DNA of 64,000 bases from Lama glama. Lineage: Eukaryota. The notes below the pieces were generated by a model, which saw only the letters and a program-made list of their open reading frames with translations, was not told the DNA's origin and made no database searches. How positions within the stretch are numbered: the stretch's first letter is position 1; the number at the start of each line of letters is the position of its first letter. Shown here piece by piece: positions 37,919 to 49,900 of the stretch. The DNA is taken from assembly GCA_028534125.1 (NCBI GenBank), contig CM052817.1:107076001-107140000 (forward strand). Reading direction: 5' to 3'. A program made the translations under genes and the position numbers.

Positions 37919-39934
37919 GGAGCTTCGAGTGACGGGGAGGGGGAGGCTGCGGGCGCTCTGGCCTCCTTGCCCTCTTCTCGGGGCTCCGGGCGGCACTCGG
38001 GCGCCGCGGCCGCCGTCGGAGGACGCTCAGGTCCGGGCGCTGCCCAGCCGCGGGGCCTCGGCCGCCGTCCGCGCCGCGCCGGTGCTCCGTTCACTGCGCT
38101 CCGCCGCGCCGCCCGACTGCTGCTGCATCCCCGCGGGCCGCCCCGCCGCCGCCGCCGCTCCGACCGCTGCCGTGCGCCCCGCCGCCGCCTCCCGCCATGG
38201 GCGCGCTCGGAGCGGCCAGCGCGCCGCCGGGCTGCGCCCTCGGCCCGGTCGCTCTCGGCAACTTTGTTCCCGGTCTGCGCGGGGCGTGGGAGGGAAGGGG
38301 CCGCGGGCGGCCGGCTCCGGACTCCCAGCAGCGGGCGTCGCGCACAGCCCCCCGGAGAGTGTTTGGGAAGCGGCGACTCCCCTCCTCTTCCCCGCCTCTT
38401 CCTCCTCCTGCGCCTCGGCGGCCGCCCCGCCGCTCCTCAGGGAGGAAGCGGCCTCCGGGGCCGGTCGCTTTGTGCTGCAACCATGGTGAAGGGTGAGTGA
38501 CAGGCCGGCGGCCAGTCGGCGCGCGCCGCGTCGGCGGGGGCGGGGCGTCCCGGGGCCGGTCCCCGCCCCCGGCGCCCCCCCGCCCGCGCCCGCCCGCCCG
38601 CCCGCCCGCCGGCCGCGCCCCGGGCACCGGGGCCGCACCTTCCGCGGCGGCGCCCAGGTGAGCCGCGAGCCAGGGCCGTCGAGGAGGGTTGCAGCGCCCC
38701 CGGCCGGAGCGGCTGGGGCCCCGCACCGCCTGGCCTGGAGGAGGCGGCATCCTGGCGCCCGGGCGGAAGGCGCAGGGCTCTCCGCTCCCCGCTCCCCACC
38801 CCTTCCCCAGCGCGCGCCGCGCCCCCTGCCCACAGCCCACGCCGGGCCCCGGGGGACCCTGCAGCGTCGCGTCGCCTCGCCTCGCCAGACTCCTCCTGGC
38901 GCCAGGCCTCGGCCGCCGGGGCTGCAAGTTGACCCGGAACAGAGGTCCGGCCCGCAGCTTGAGCCGCACTGGGCATTCTTTTGGAACCCAGGGTGGGTCC
39001 CAAGATGCTTCAGAAGCGAGAAATCCTCTAAAGATGAATTTTGCCTATTTGTAACTTGCCGCAGGGAAAACATTCCTCTCCTGCGTTCCGTGCACATCCG
39101 GCACCTCCAGACACTTAAATGAGCACGAAACGAAGGAGATGGAAATGTGCCAGTTTCAACACTAGACCAAATACCACCCTTGGACAGGCAGATAGTCCAG
39201 ATTTAAAGGTGGTCGGTCTTCTGCGCGAGACCTGGACAGCAAGTTCTGTGACATCATCAGAAACACAGGCAGATGTGGTTTCGCGTTGGGCATAACAAAC
39301 CTCCAGACCCCACATCCAAGCTGGACTCACGTGGTGCGGGGAACGCTAGGACGTAGCCCTTTAAAATGTCACCGCTCCTCCCCCTCCCTCTCTGAGCCGG
39401 GTCGAGGTGTGTAAGGACAGCCAAGCAGCGGGAACCGCTCTGGTGTTCTGGTCCTAGGGGCTTACTTTTATCTGCTTCCCCTTGCCCCGTCTCCAACAAG
39501 TTCATGTTTGTTGTCTGTATCCAGCCATACTTAGGGGAGGATTGTTACTTGTATGACCTACTACGTGGAACTTTTTTCAGATTTCCGAACGTACTTTTTC
39601 AACATCTAGTTTGGTTTAAACACTTGGGATAGGTTATGAACAATGATTTTAGAGTCTGCAAATCACCTGTATTAAACAGAGTGTGTGGCTTCCACAAGAC
39701 AGGACTGTCCCTGCCCAAATTTATGAAACTGAATCTGAGTTACAAATTGTATCTCTAGACCCTTTCTATTACCCTTGCTCATACTGCTTCCCAGTATTTC
39801 TCTTGCACCCTTTAGCTGAGGCCCAGCATCAAATTCTTGATGGCGTAGACCATCACCTTGAAAACAAAGGAGCATGGGTATCATTACAACTCTGCGTAGA
39901 GAGAGAAGGAAAATCAAATCCAACGAAGTGAGAA

Positions 39935-40880
39935 AATATACCTGACATCTCCGTCTGGTGTCTGGTAAACATCTCAGAATTAACATGTGCAGACCAGGCT
40001 CCAGATCTCCTGCCCCAAACGTGTGCCACACACAGCCTTCCCCATTCAAATTAATGTCATCTACACCTCATCACCCCTTGCCCAAGTGAAAAACCTTGGC
40101 ATCTTTTCTTGGCTCTTTCTTGTCTCTTACACCCCACAAGTTTTCAGTAAATTTGTCAGCTCAACCTTCAAAGTACCATAGCTGGAATCTAACCTCTGAC
40201 CACCACCTCTACTGCCATGACCCTGGTCCAAGTGGGCATCCTCTTTTGCTTGCACTTTGCAATAACCACCTCCCTGGCCTCCCTCTTCCTACCCTTGACG
40301 TCAGTGGTCTACTTGGAACACAGCAGCCACAGTGAGTCTTTTCTCTCCAGCTGAAGTTACTCCTGTGCTTTAAAAAAAAAAAAAATCCATTTGCTCTCCC
40401 ATTTCATTGAAGGTAAAAGCCCAGGTCTTGATCATGGCCTAGAAGACCTATAGACCTGGTCCTCCCCGCACACCCCACCTCTTGATCTTTCTGACCTCAT
40501 CTCCTCCTTCTCTACTCCCTACTCATTTTTTGGGCCACATTGGCCTCCTTGCTGCTTCTGGAATAAGGAAGTAAACCCCAGTCTCATGGCCTTTCCCTCT
40601 GCAGTTCCTCTGCCAGCCCACCAAAAACCAAACCAAATCAAAAGCCAGAATGTTGTTCCCTCCCCTCCTTCTATCTTGATTCAAACATCACTTTCCCTGT
40701 GACTCCACTCACCCTGGTTCTCCTTGTTTTCCTCATCACCATCTAACATAATAAAATAAATTTTTTACTTATTTATTTCTTGTTTGTTTCCCTTCACTAT
40801 AATGTGAGCTTCTGAAGTCGTTAGTCTTTGTTCCTTTTGTTCATTGCTACATCCCCCAAGGTGCTGTAAATGAATGGATG
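39935..40880 (+). mobile_element. L2 (L2a-like) 3' fragment
   Basis: ACATCTC..AACATGT, AAAAACCTTGGCATC, TGGCCTCCTTGCTG, AATGTGAGCTTC, and a terminal AAATGAATG. Confidence 0.75.
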
Positions 40881-40919
40881 ACTCCAGCATTCCCTTGTGT
40901 GTGCATGAGACTGTTACGT

Positions 40920-41240
40920 CTTCTTACTTGTGCCCCTGATGGGGGAGGGGAGGCGAGGAGATAAACAACCTCTCCGAGCCTGTTTTCTGTTCTTTAAAAA
41001 GCAGAGAAAAATTGCATGCCCTGAAGATGTGTGAGGATCAGATACAGTGTGCACAAAGTGTCTTGCACAGTGCTGGAACCATAGTGTGTGCTCAGCAAAT
41101 GGGAGTTATTTTTAAGATCGTTCTCATCATCCCAACCCTTTGAGGTTAATGGAACAGTTACTATCATCCTGTTTACAGATGCGGAGACTTGAGACTAAAA
41201 TAGGCTACCTTACTTGCCCTAGTTCCAAGCCTGCCTTGCA
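40920..41240. mobile_element. MIR fragments
   Basis: AACCTCTCCGAGCCTGTTTTC.., GTGCTCAGCAAATG.., CCTGTTTACAGATGCGGAGACTTGAG. Confidence 0.55.
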
Positions 41241-44200
41241 GTTTGGAAGGGTCTGGGGCAAGCTGTCATAGAACCAATCATAAATTATTGAAGCCAGAAA
41301 TGAACTAGAACACGGTGCTGTAGGAGGAACTGCTGGCTTCTGGTGTGAAACTCACACCCAATTTTCTTCCCATCTCCAATCCAATCCTTACCAGAAAAAG
41401 GCTCCCACATTTGAGGACACCCTAGCCCGAGCATCCAAACTACATCATACCCCTCACAAGAGCCGTCCCCTGCTGATTCCTCCAACCATGTTCCAGCTTT
41501 GGATGGTCAGGCCTGGAAGTGGCAAGGCAGTAAGTTCCAGGGTCCAGGGTGTTCAGAGAGCATGGAACTCCTTGTCCCAAGGGGAGGGTGAAGCCAGAGC
41601 CGGGCCCTCCAGAGCCTGGGCAGCAGGCAGGCACTCCTCACCCAGACCTCCCAGCCAGAACATTGTGAAATGCACATGCAAACCCAGCTCTTTTTTTTTT
41701 CTTTTTTTTTTTTTCTGAATGCCCTCCTGTGATACTAAATCGCACCAGTGACCTCAGGTGGAGGGGTAATAACAATGTCTTATCCACCAACAGAATGACT
41801 CACTCCCTGTCAATTGCTAAGCTATCATTTAATTTCAATTAAAGTCAATTTTGCCACTATTTATAATCTACTTATCTAAGTATGTCAGTAATGCTTATCG
41901 CCATTGAGTATCTAGGACACCTGATACCTGGCACGCATTGCTGTTTTATTAACATTTGACCATGAATATTTTGCTGTGTGTACCATGGACGACGGAATTA
42001 GACACAGATCTGCCAGCTTGCTGATTCGTCTAAACCAAACGGTGTGCATCAACCATAATCAAAGGAAGCCATCTATTGTGCTGCCTTATAAAGACAGGTA
42101 TGAAAATGAGAGTTTCCTTGCACCGAATTATCTAGAAAATCATTAGGGGGTAGAAGGAGAGACAGAACACTGGGTGTTAAGTTTAGAAATTCATTTCAAG
42201 TTCTGCCCTTAATACCATCCTACCTGTAACTTTAAAAAGCCTTGATGATTCCAACAGTAAAATCGAATACATCCCTAAATATATTATGGAGGCTAGGTGT
42301 TTAAGGTCATCTTTTAAAGTGAGTAAAATAACTTTTAAAAATTCTTAGGGATCCAGCTATGGCACAAGGTTAGCGGGTGATACCTCTATATCTATTTATA
42401 GAAAGTCACTTTGTTCAAAAAAACACATGAACGTCTACTGTTCAATCAGAATAAATATTTATTGGGCGCTCTGTGCCAGGTACTGATCTCTGTGCTTTGA
42501 GTACTAATGATGGCTAAGACAAACGTGGTCCCTTTCCCAGCCTCGTGGGAGCTTGCTCTGTGTGCCAGGCCCTTGCCTAATTTACTCACCTCACCTAGGA
42601 GAATGCCCAGATCCAGGAAGCTGCCCACTTCTGCTAAGACAAGGACTCCTCTGGTTACCATTTTCTCCAGTTGTTATAACCATCTGAAGGCAAGGTTTAG
42701 AGCTGAGAGAGGTTGAATTCTATTAAAGATATTCCACATAAACACCTGCCTCCCCCACACCCAGCAAACAATTTTTGTTTACATTGTCTGGCAGTTACTT
42801 AAATCTCAGGAGTCTGGAGATTGTAGCTTCAACACTGTATCAGTTTCACTGAGCTCACTCCACTAGGAAACATTGTATCTACCTGCAAATAGCATTCCGG
42901 AGAGTCCCCGGTGGAGACTACAGTTACAGAGTCCAGGGAGAAATACAGTGAGTTCATAGGAGAGAGCTCACGAAACAAGTTAGAAACTGTACCAAAAGCA
43001 CAATTAGACTCAGACTGTTACGTCTGATTGGATAGGAATCACCATGAGTTCAGAGTTGAGGATGGTATCACATGAGTAAGAACGACCCTACTGGTGATGT
43101 CATGTAGATGTTCAGATATTTTGGAACTGATTCTATAAGAAGAAACCATTTTTTGCCCTAATTTATCATATTATGACCTTGGTTCTGCCTTGGACACAGA
43201 ATTAAATAAAAATATAAATAGAAGATATTCAAGCTCACAAATAAAACTGTTCTCCTCACTTACAGGATTGTGTTCCTCACATTGACATAACTACTTTCTT
43301 CCGTTGGTTTGTCTGCATTTGAAATATTCGGCTAGTGGGAGAGCACAGCCTTCTTTATTTCCAGCTTGTGAGAAAGCTGATGCTGGCGTCTCTGAAAGGA
43401 AATGCGTTGTTAAACTTTTGATCCACCGTCAATTCCTTCTATTGTTGCCCAGTGTTTGGCATTTATCTTTATGAATTGCCCTAAGGAACTGTAGTCCAAA
43501 ATCAGTCTGTCAATTTTAAGGAGACCTCTAAAAGGGTTTACATAAAATATACAGATAAGGGGTTTTCTTTACGCCGAAAAATAGGTAAAATGAAGGACTT
43601 TATTTCAAAACCTAGCACTGTCAATGCAACCACACCCTCAATGAGTACTTAATGCAGGGATTTTAAAAGCCCATACTGGATATCTTGAATGCTTAAATTA
43701 AACATGCCAAGAGAGGAGGGGAAAAAAAAAAAACAAACAACCTTCCATTGCAAACATGCAAAGTTAACCCAGTGAGATAATTTTGTCATAAGGGAACATT
43801 GTGTAAAGTTGTATCTGGGCTTCTCCAGTTATGTTAAGGTGATTACATACAACTGAAATTACATCTACTAGCAAACTGGTACCCAGTGCAGAATTTGTAA
43901 ATGTATTCCAGTGAAGAAGAGCCATTCCAATCATTGCTAGCTCTGGTCCCCAACTGATATTCAAGGGTAAAGTAAGTGTGCTATTACACAGCTGTCTGTA
44001 GAGGAAGGTCAACATCAGACAAGGTCATCAGAGCAAAAAAAAAAAAAAAAAAAGCAGTATTCTTGACCAGCTGTGACTTTTTAAATGCCAATACTAATAA
44101 TCATTCAGAAGTCATGATTATTTAATATTCGTTAAACCCAAGCCTAGTGCTAGGCATTGTGTGTACATAAACGAAGTGACTGTGCGCTGAGCTGACAAAA

Positions 44201-44959
44201 CTAAATTGAGCAAAGGAAGTGAAGGGCAAACAAGGGCGTGGGAAACAGGCACTGAGGGCCTGTTTATAAAGGGAGGCTATCTCGTTGTATCGTGTATTAT
44301 TTTGCAACACAAAAATCTAAAGCAGAGCAGTCAGGGAGAAAGACACACTGCCTTTTGGGGGTTGAAGGAGGAAACCTTCAATAGGAAATGGCAGATGGGC
44401 ACATCAGAGACCTGAGAGGAAAGCACAAGTAAATGGTGAAAAGAGAGAACCTCTGGATGTCGGCTGAGATCTGATGTGGGAACCAGGTAAAGATGATACA
44501 GGAGACGTGACTCAGAACCTTCCGAGCCCTTGGGAGACACACCACAGAGGTCCTGGCCATCTTCAGCAGTGCTCTTCTTATGCGAATATTGTACTCATCA
44601 CATAAGATACCCAGGACCAGTGGTAAGTGCTGGTAAGACATTTAAAACAGAGGTCAGTCCCACCTTATGCTTACCTCATCTACAAGGAATGAACCTGTGG
44701 CATCATAGCTGTCTGTAAGAATCCAGAGATAATTAAATCAGGAAAAAGACCAGCATAAACCCACAGAACTCCACTCCAACCTGGTCAGATGCTTCAGAGA
44801 CAGATCTGTTGACACAGGAGACGGCACAGAAATAATTAGACTAAGAATTTTATCGTGTCGCTGAAGGGGGAAAAACGTCGTTTTTTTCCCCCAGTGGAGT
44901 CAATAAACAAATAAACAAAGCTTTATAAGGGTACAGTGGAATATATAAGTAATACAGTG

Positions 44960-45135
44960 GGAAAACCTTGGAATCTAATATCATACAACTTTGAATTTGA
45001 AAGCCTTTTCTGATAGACATGAGCTTTGTGACCTGGAAGAAAGCTCTTAACCTCTCTGAGCTTTAGTTTCTACCTTTGTAAAATGTAGTGAGAACTAGCT
45101 TCCTTGCTAGCTTACTATGACAATGACTCAAAATG
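44960..45135. mobile_element. MIR fragment
   Basis: GTGACCTGGAAGAAAGCTCTTAACCTCTCTGAGCTTTAGTTTCTACCTTTGTAAAATG core. Confidence 0.65.
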
Positions 45136-45759
45136 GGATTTATAAAAGAAAATAATCTTACTCATCTCACCCCTCCCTTAAAAGGAATAGCCTTAGTCAA
45201 AGAATATATGGCCCTTCCAATTTCTAGGAAAGAATGATGTTAGTTTAAAAATAAATTGACCTGCCTGATTGACTTTATATACAGAACTTTGACCTTAGAG
45301 AGGGTTCTTTTACTTAGTTTATGTCAGTAAATAAACTTTAATTACTTATTGTAAGTAGCCCAGAGCCTTAAAAGTAAATAAGGTTTTATCTGGGCCAGTG
45401 GCTCCTAGCTGGGGATGATCAGCATTTGCTCAAGGCTAAGAGTGTGACAGAGCTAGATGGGGTGGGTCTTCGCCACAAAGCCTCCGGGGCTCCACAGGGC
45501 AGAACCAGAGCTGTGTGTCAGGGGTAGGAAGGCAAGATATGGTGTTCCTGACCAATTCTCTTGCTTTGCTTCAGAAAGAAATTGTGAGTCCCTGGTGAAA
45601 TGTACTCATAACTGTCATACTTCATTTGGGGAATGCTTGAAACACGTATCGAAAATCGTAAGCAGACATGGTTTCTCAACAAAGAGCTTTTAGCAGGAAA
45701 TGTCAGATGTTATATATTCTTTCTTCTGTGCAGTTCATCTTCTTTTTTGTCCTTATATA

Positions 45760-46300
45760 TTTTTAAATTTATTTTATTTTATTTAGATTCCAAATATAAG
45801 CAATATCATATGGGATTTTCCTTTCTCTTTCCAGCCCACTTCACTTAGAATGATGATCTCCAGGTCCATCCACGTTTCTGCAAATGGCATTATTATATTC
45901 TTTTTTATTGCTGAGTAGTATTCCATTGTATATATGTACTATATCTGCTTTATCTAGTCATCTGTTGATGGACATTTGGGTTGTTTCCATGTCTTGGCTA
46001 TTGTAAATAGTGCTGAACATTGAGGTGCATGTGTGTTTTTGAATTTTATTTTTCTCCAGGTATATGCCCAGGAATGGGATTGCTGGATCACAAGGTAAGT
46101 CTCTTTTTAGTTTTTTAAGGAACTGTCTTCCATACTGTCCTCCACAGTGGCTACACCAATGTACACTCCCACCAACAGTGTAGGAGGGCTCCCTTTTCTC
46201 CACAGCCTCTCCAGCATTTATCATTTGTGGACTTTTGAATGATGGCCATTCTGGCTGGTGTGGGTGATACCTCACTGTAGTTTTGATCTGCATTTCTCTT
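45760..46300 (-). mobile_element. L1 ORF2-end/3'UTR fragment
   Basis: Peptide [61 protein letters not shown]. Confidence 0.92.
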
Positions 46301-46499
46301 GTGCAGTTTATCTTTGGGAGGGGTACCAAGTCCCAGGTGTATATGGTGCCAGAAAAATGATCACAGGCAGTGAATCCCATCTTTTCTTATGAAGACCAAT
46401 AGGCATTATCTAACAATGCCAGGATTCTCAAAAACCAGCTTTTTCCCAAGGCATTCCCCAAACAGGGTCCTGGCAATTCATTTATGTAACTCATAGCAA

Positions 46500-46715
46500 T
46501 AGCCAACAGGTATTTGGGTGCTCACCACGCCAAGGACTGTTCCACATCCTCTGGATGCACCATGCTAATTAATCTTCCAACAACCCTAGGAGGTGGGTTC
46601 TGTTACCATACACATTTTATAATTAGGGGAAACTGAGACTCAGTAAGTCCCAGAGCCAGGATCTAAACACATGCTCTCTGGTGACAAAGTCTACGTGTCT
46701 AGCCTTCACTGTGGG
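46500..46715. mobile_element. MIR
   Basis: TAATCTTCCAACAACCCTAGGAGGTGGG..CATTTTATAATTAGGGGAAACTGAGACTCAG. Confidence 0.65.
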
Positions 46716-46977
46716 TTTCTCAGGTCTTCCTTGGCTTATTTCTTAAACCCAGAACAAGTGCCAGAATTAACCACTTGATATAAGTAATTAAGTTGGCTCA
46801 ATCCTTAGCCCTGTTTTCTTCTCTATCTTCTGTCCCTGAGAAATGTGACATTCATGAAACATGTGATTATACTAAACCTGAATTCCAGCTCGGACAATAC
46901 CCTAGACCTCCGGCTTGCCCCCAGGACATCTGCACATAGATGTATATAGATGCCTCAAAATTGACAAGTCCAACAGA

Positions 46978-47480
46978 AATAAAGGGCTTAGGGATACACA
47001 CCAGAGCGGCATGCAGAAAACTACAAAAACTCCAATACAAGGAATCAAAAATGTCTAAAGTGGGGAGGAATACCATGTTCATAAATAAGAAAACTCAGTA
47101 TTAAGATGGCAATGTTTCAAAATATATTTTATTGAATCACTGCAATCCCAATTAAAATCTCAGCCAGCTTTTTTGTAGGTATTGACAATCTGATTCCAAA
47201 GTTTATATAGAAAAGCAAAACATTTCTGATTAAAAAAAAAAAGACCAAAGTTGAAGGGCTTACATTATCCAATTTCAAGACTTACTATAAAGCCACATTC
47301 ATCAAGACAGTGTGATATCAGCAGAGGATTAAAACACAGACCCACAGAACAGAATACAAAGGCCAGAAATAGACCCGCAAAAAAATCAACTGATTTTTGA
47401 CAAAGGGGAAAAGATAATTCAGTGAAGAAAGGAGTCTTTTCAACAAATGGTGCTGGAACAATTTGACATCTGTGTGCAAA
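46978..47480 (+). mobile_element. Old L1 ORF2 fragment
   Basis: ATACCATGTTCAT.., TTTCAAGACTTACTATAAAGC.., AGTCTTTTCAACAAATGGTGCTGGAACAATT. Confidence 0.88.
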
Positions 47481-47484
47481 ATCG

Positions 47485-49070
47485 ACATGTTCAAATTTGA
47501 GCTCCACATCTTTCTTCCAAAATCTCTCTCGAAGTACGCCCTTGTCTTGGAGAACGATGCTACCATTCACCTAGTTGCTCAGGCAAAACCAGGAGTCATC
47601 TTTGACTCACTCTCAGTCCCTGAGTTCAATTCTTAAAATTACGTTGAATCACAAGCCAGTCCTCCCTTCCACCTCTGCTGCTCTTGACCTAGTCCAGGCA
47701 CTCATTCCCTTGAAACTTATTCCCTGTCTCCCATCCCATCCCCACCAAAAAATACCTCCAAAGGAGCAGCATGGGAGTTTCAGAGTATTCCCATGGAGGC
47801 AGCAGAGGAAACCACTGCTTCCCTGGCACCATTTGCAAAAGTGGTACCTACTCAAAATATTTTAAGAGAACATGTTGGCATGATGGTTTATGATGATAAT
47901 GAAAAGATACGACACTTAGTAATGTTGAAAGAAGTTGCATAGAGAGCACAGGCGAGGTTATAACCTCTTTATCCAGCCAGCTGCCCCCCAGTCAAAGTCC
48001 AGGCTCCACCTTCTGGTGGGTCCCTGGCTAGAGCCTGGCTCTCACCCCTGGCTGGCTGCCCTCCTCTTAGAAGCTGTCTGGGCCTCTGCATGATCTGTTA
48101 AAAAGGCAAATCTCTCATATAATCCCAAAGCTGAGGGCGCTTCAGTGACTTTCCAACACTTATCCCTTGTACCTTATACAAAAGCCCTGTTTTCTGGCTC
48201 AAGTATGCCTGTCTAGCTTTCTCTTCCACCACTTTCCACCCACATAACTTCAGCTCCCATCATTCCTAAAATTGGATCTATGAGGATTTGCCAAACTCTC
48301 TCATTTCCTTAACATCTTGCAGATTCACCTCCTGCCCAGAAGTGTCTTTTCTGCAAGGGTCACCAGTGAAACCCCCACTCCCTGCTTCAGGACCTCCCTG
48401 AGCAACGGTCTGTGGGCAGGTGATGTTATGTAACGAGATGGAACGCAAGTCCACGACGCATGCGTCCTAACCTAGATTCTGTCTTGCTACATGCCAGCTG
48501 CTTGTCCAGAGGCCACACCCATGCCTCCTGGGAGTCTCGAGACCTAATTTAAACACCTGCAGTGTTATCTCGGTAACACAGGGAGGCACCTGGGGAGGGA
48601 GTTCATGGCAACAGCAAAAATGTTTTAGCCAGACACACTTCTCAAAATGTTTACCCAGGATTTGTACTGAAATGTCCAGGCACGTTCCCTGAGACTAATC
48701 TGTGTTGACTCCTGCCAGGTCCACCCTCCTCAACCCCTCTGTGAGTTTTGTGTTTAGAACATGCCTGGTGTAGGACCACAATTACTGTCCTCGTTGTTGC
48801 TTCCATTACTGTTTTTATTGTAGCGTCGCCCCTCTCTCCCCTACCAGGTAGCTTAGGGTTCCTTCCCCCGTGCTCCCAAAGCAGTTTATAATACCCTTAT
48901 TCCAAGACTTTTTATATTATTCCCCGATCGTGTGTCCAGTGTCTGCCTCCCCAGGCGACCCCGAACTCCTTGAGGACATGGCCCATGGATTTCGTGTGTG
49001 TTCTGAGCCTAACACGGGGCCTGGCACGGTGTAGGCGGTCACTAAGTTTTTCGTGACTGGATGAATAAAG
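47485..49070 (+). mobile_element. Fragmented L2 (pieces at ~46870-46975, 47485-47770, 48090-48400, 48830-49070)
   Basis: CACCTAGTTGCTCAGGCAAAACCAGGAGTCATCTTTGACTC; terminal CCTGGCACGGTGTAGGCGGTCACTAAG..TGAATAAA. Confidence 0.55.
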
Positions 49071-49509
49071 GAAGAAACTGTATTTTACTGATTGGGAGAG
49101 TGTAAGAAACACTGCTTTATTGATTCGTAGCACTTTCTGAGCTCCTAGAAAGCAGATGTTGTAAAAGAAATTCATCAAAAGGAACCAGTGAAGCTGGCTT
49201 CTAAAGGATGGGACTTTCTCGGAAAGCGGTCGGCATTTGGCCAGTGACTTCTAGGGATGATTAAACTCAGATTTTCGCGTGCTTGTGTATGTGTGTGTGC
49301 AGGCCTAAATCCACTTACCTACGCTGTGTGACTGAAAATGGTCTTTAAAACGTAGATTTCTTTGATGAATCTAATGAATCAAAGGTGTAGCCCTCCAACT
49401 TTCCTACAGGCTGCAGAAAAAACCCAAAATATTAGCTTCATGTAAGACCAACTATGTTTCTTTTGCTACTTGGCATTCTAATTTTAATGATTATGTGGGT
49501 TTTTTGCCC

Positions 49510-49900
49510 CTACAGAAAAGTTGAAAAGACAGTATATATTTATTTTGCCACATTTTGATCACATTTTGCATTCTATTTCTGTTCTTCTGTCTCTCTCCCT
49601 CTGTCAATCTCTGTCTCTCTCTCTCTCTATATATATATACACACACACATAACATGCACATTTTTTGCTGAACAACTTGCAAGTTACACGCAACATGACA
49701 GTGAACCCCTAAATATTTCAGCCCGCACTTCCTACTGATGAGAACATTTCCTATGTAATCACAATACCAGTATAATTCCTGAGAAATGTAATTCAATAAT
49801 ATCTAAAATTCAGTCTATATTCGAAGTCACTCAGTTGCCGCTAAAATACCTTTTCATTGTTGCCAGTGACTCCAGTCAGGGTTGCACATTTCCTCTGGTT
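49510..49900 (-). mobile_element. Old L1 3' fragment with (CT)n(AT)n(AC)n compound microsatellite
   Basis: TTTTTGCTGAACAACTTGCAAGT.., CCCTAAATATTTCAGC.., microsatellite at ~49610-49650. Confidence 0.6.

Larger units (their letters stand above)
37527..38500 (-). other. RAPGEF2: Putative 5' UTR portion of RAPGEF2 exon 1 (TSS position inferred)
   Basis: An Inr-like TCACTC on the minus strand at ~38500 sits just downstream of the GC-box cluster at 38530-38625. No evident polypyrimidine/AG acceptor precedes the ATG. The true TSS cannot be fixed from sequence alone. Confidence 0.5.
37380..38965. promoter_or_regulatory. RAPGEF2: CpG island / promoter of RAPGEF2, possibly bidirectional
   Basis: Abrupt switch to very high GC and CpG density, with many GGGCGG/CCGCCC GC boxes, a (CCCG)n run at ~38580-38610 and GCC/GCG triplet tracts. 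Confidence 0.95.

Noticed and set aside
37278..39122. Numerous long Arg/Gly/Pro/Ala-rich ORFs (up to 356 aa) on both strands
   Set aside because: Expected from stop-codon scarcity in a CpG island. Only the 23-codon RAPGEF2 segment has recognisable homology and a splice donor.
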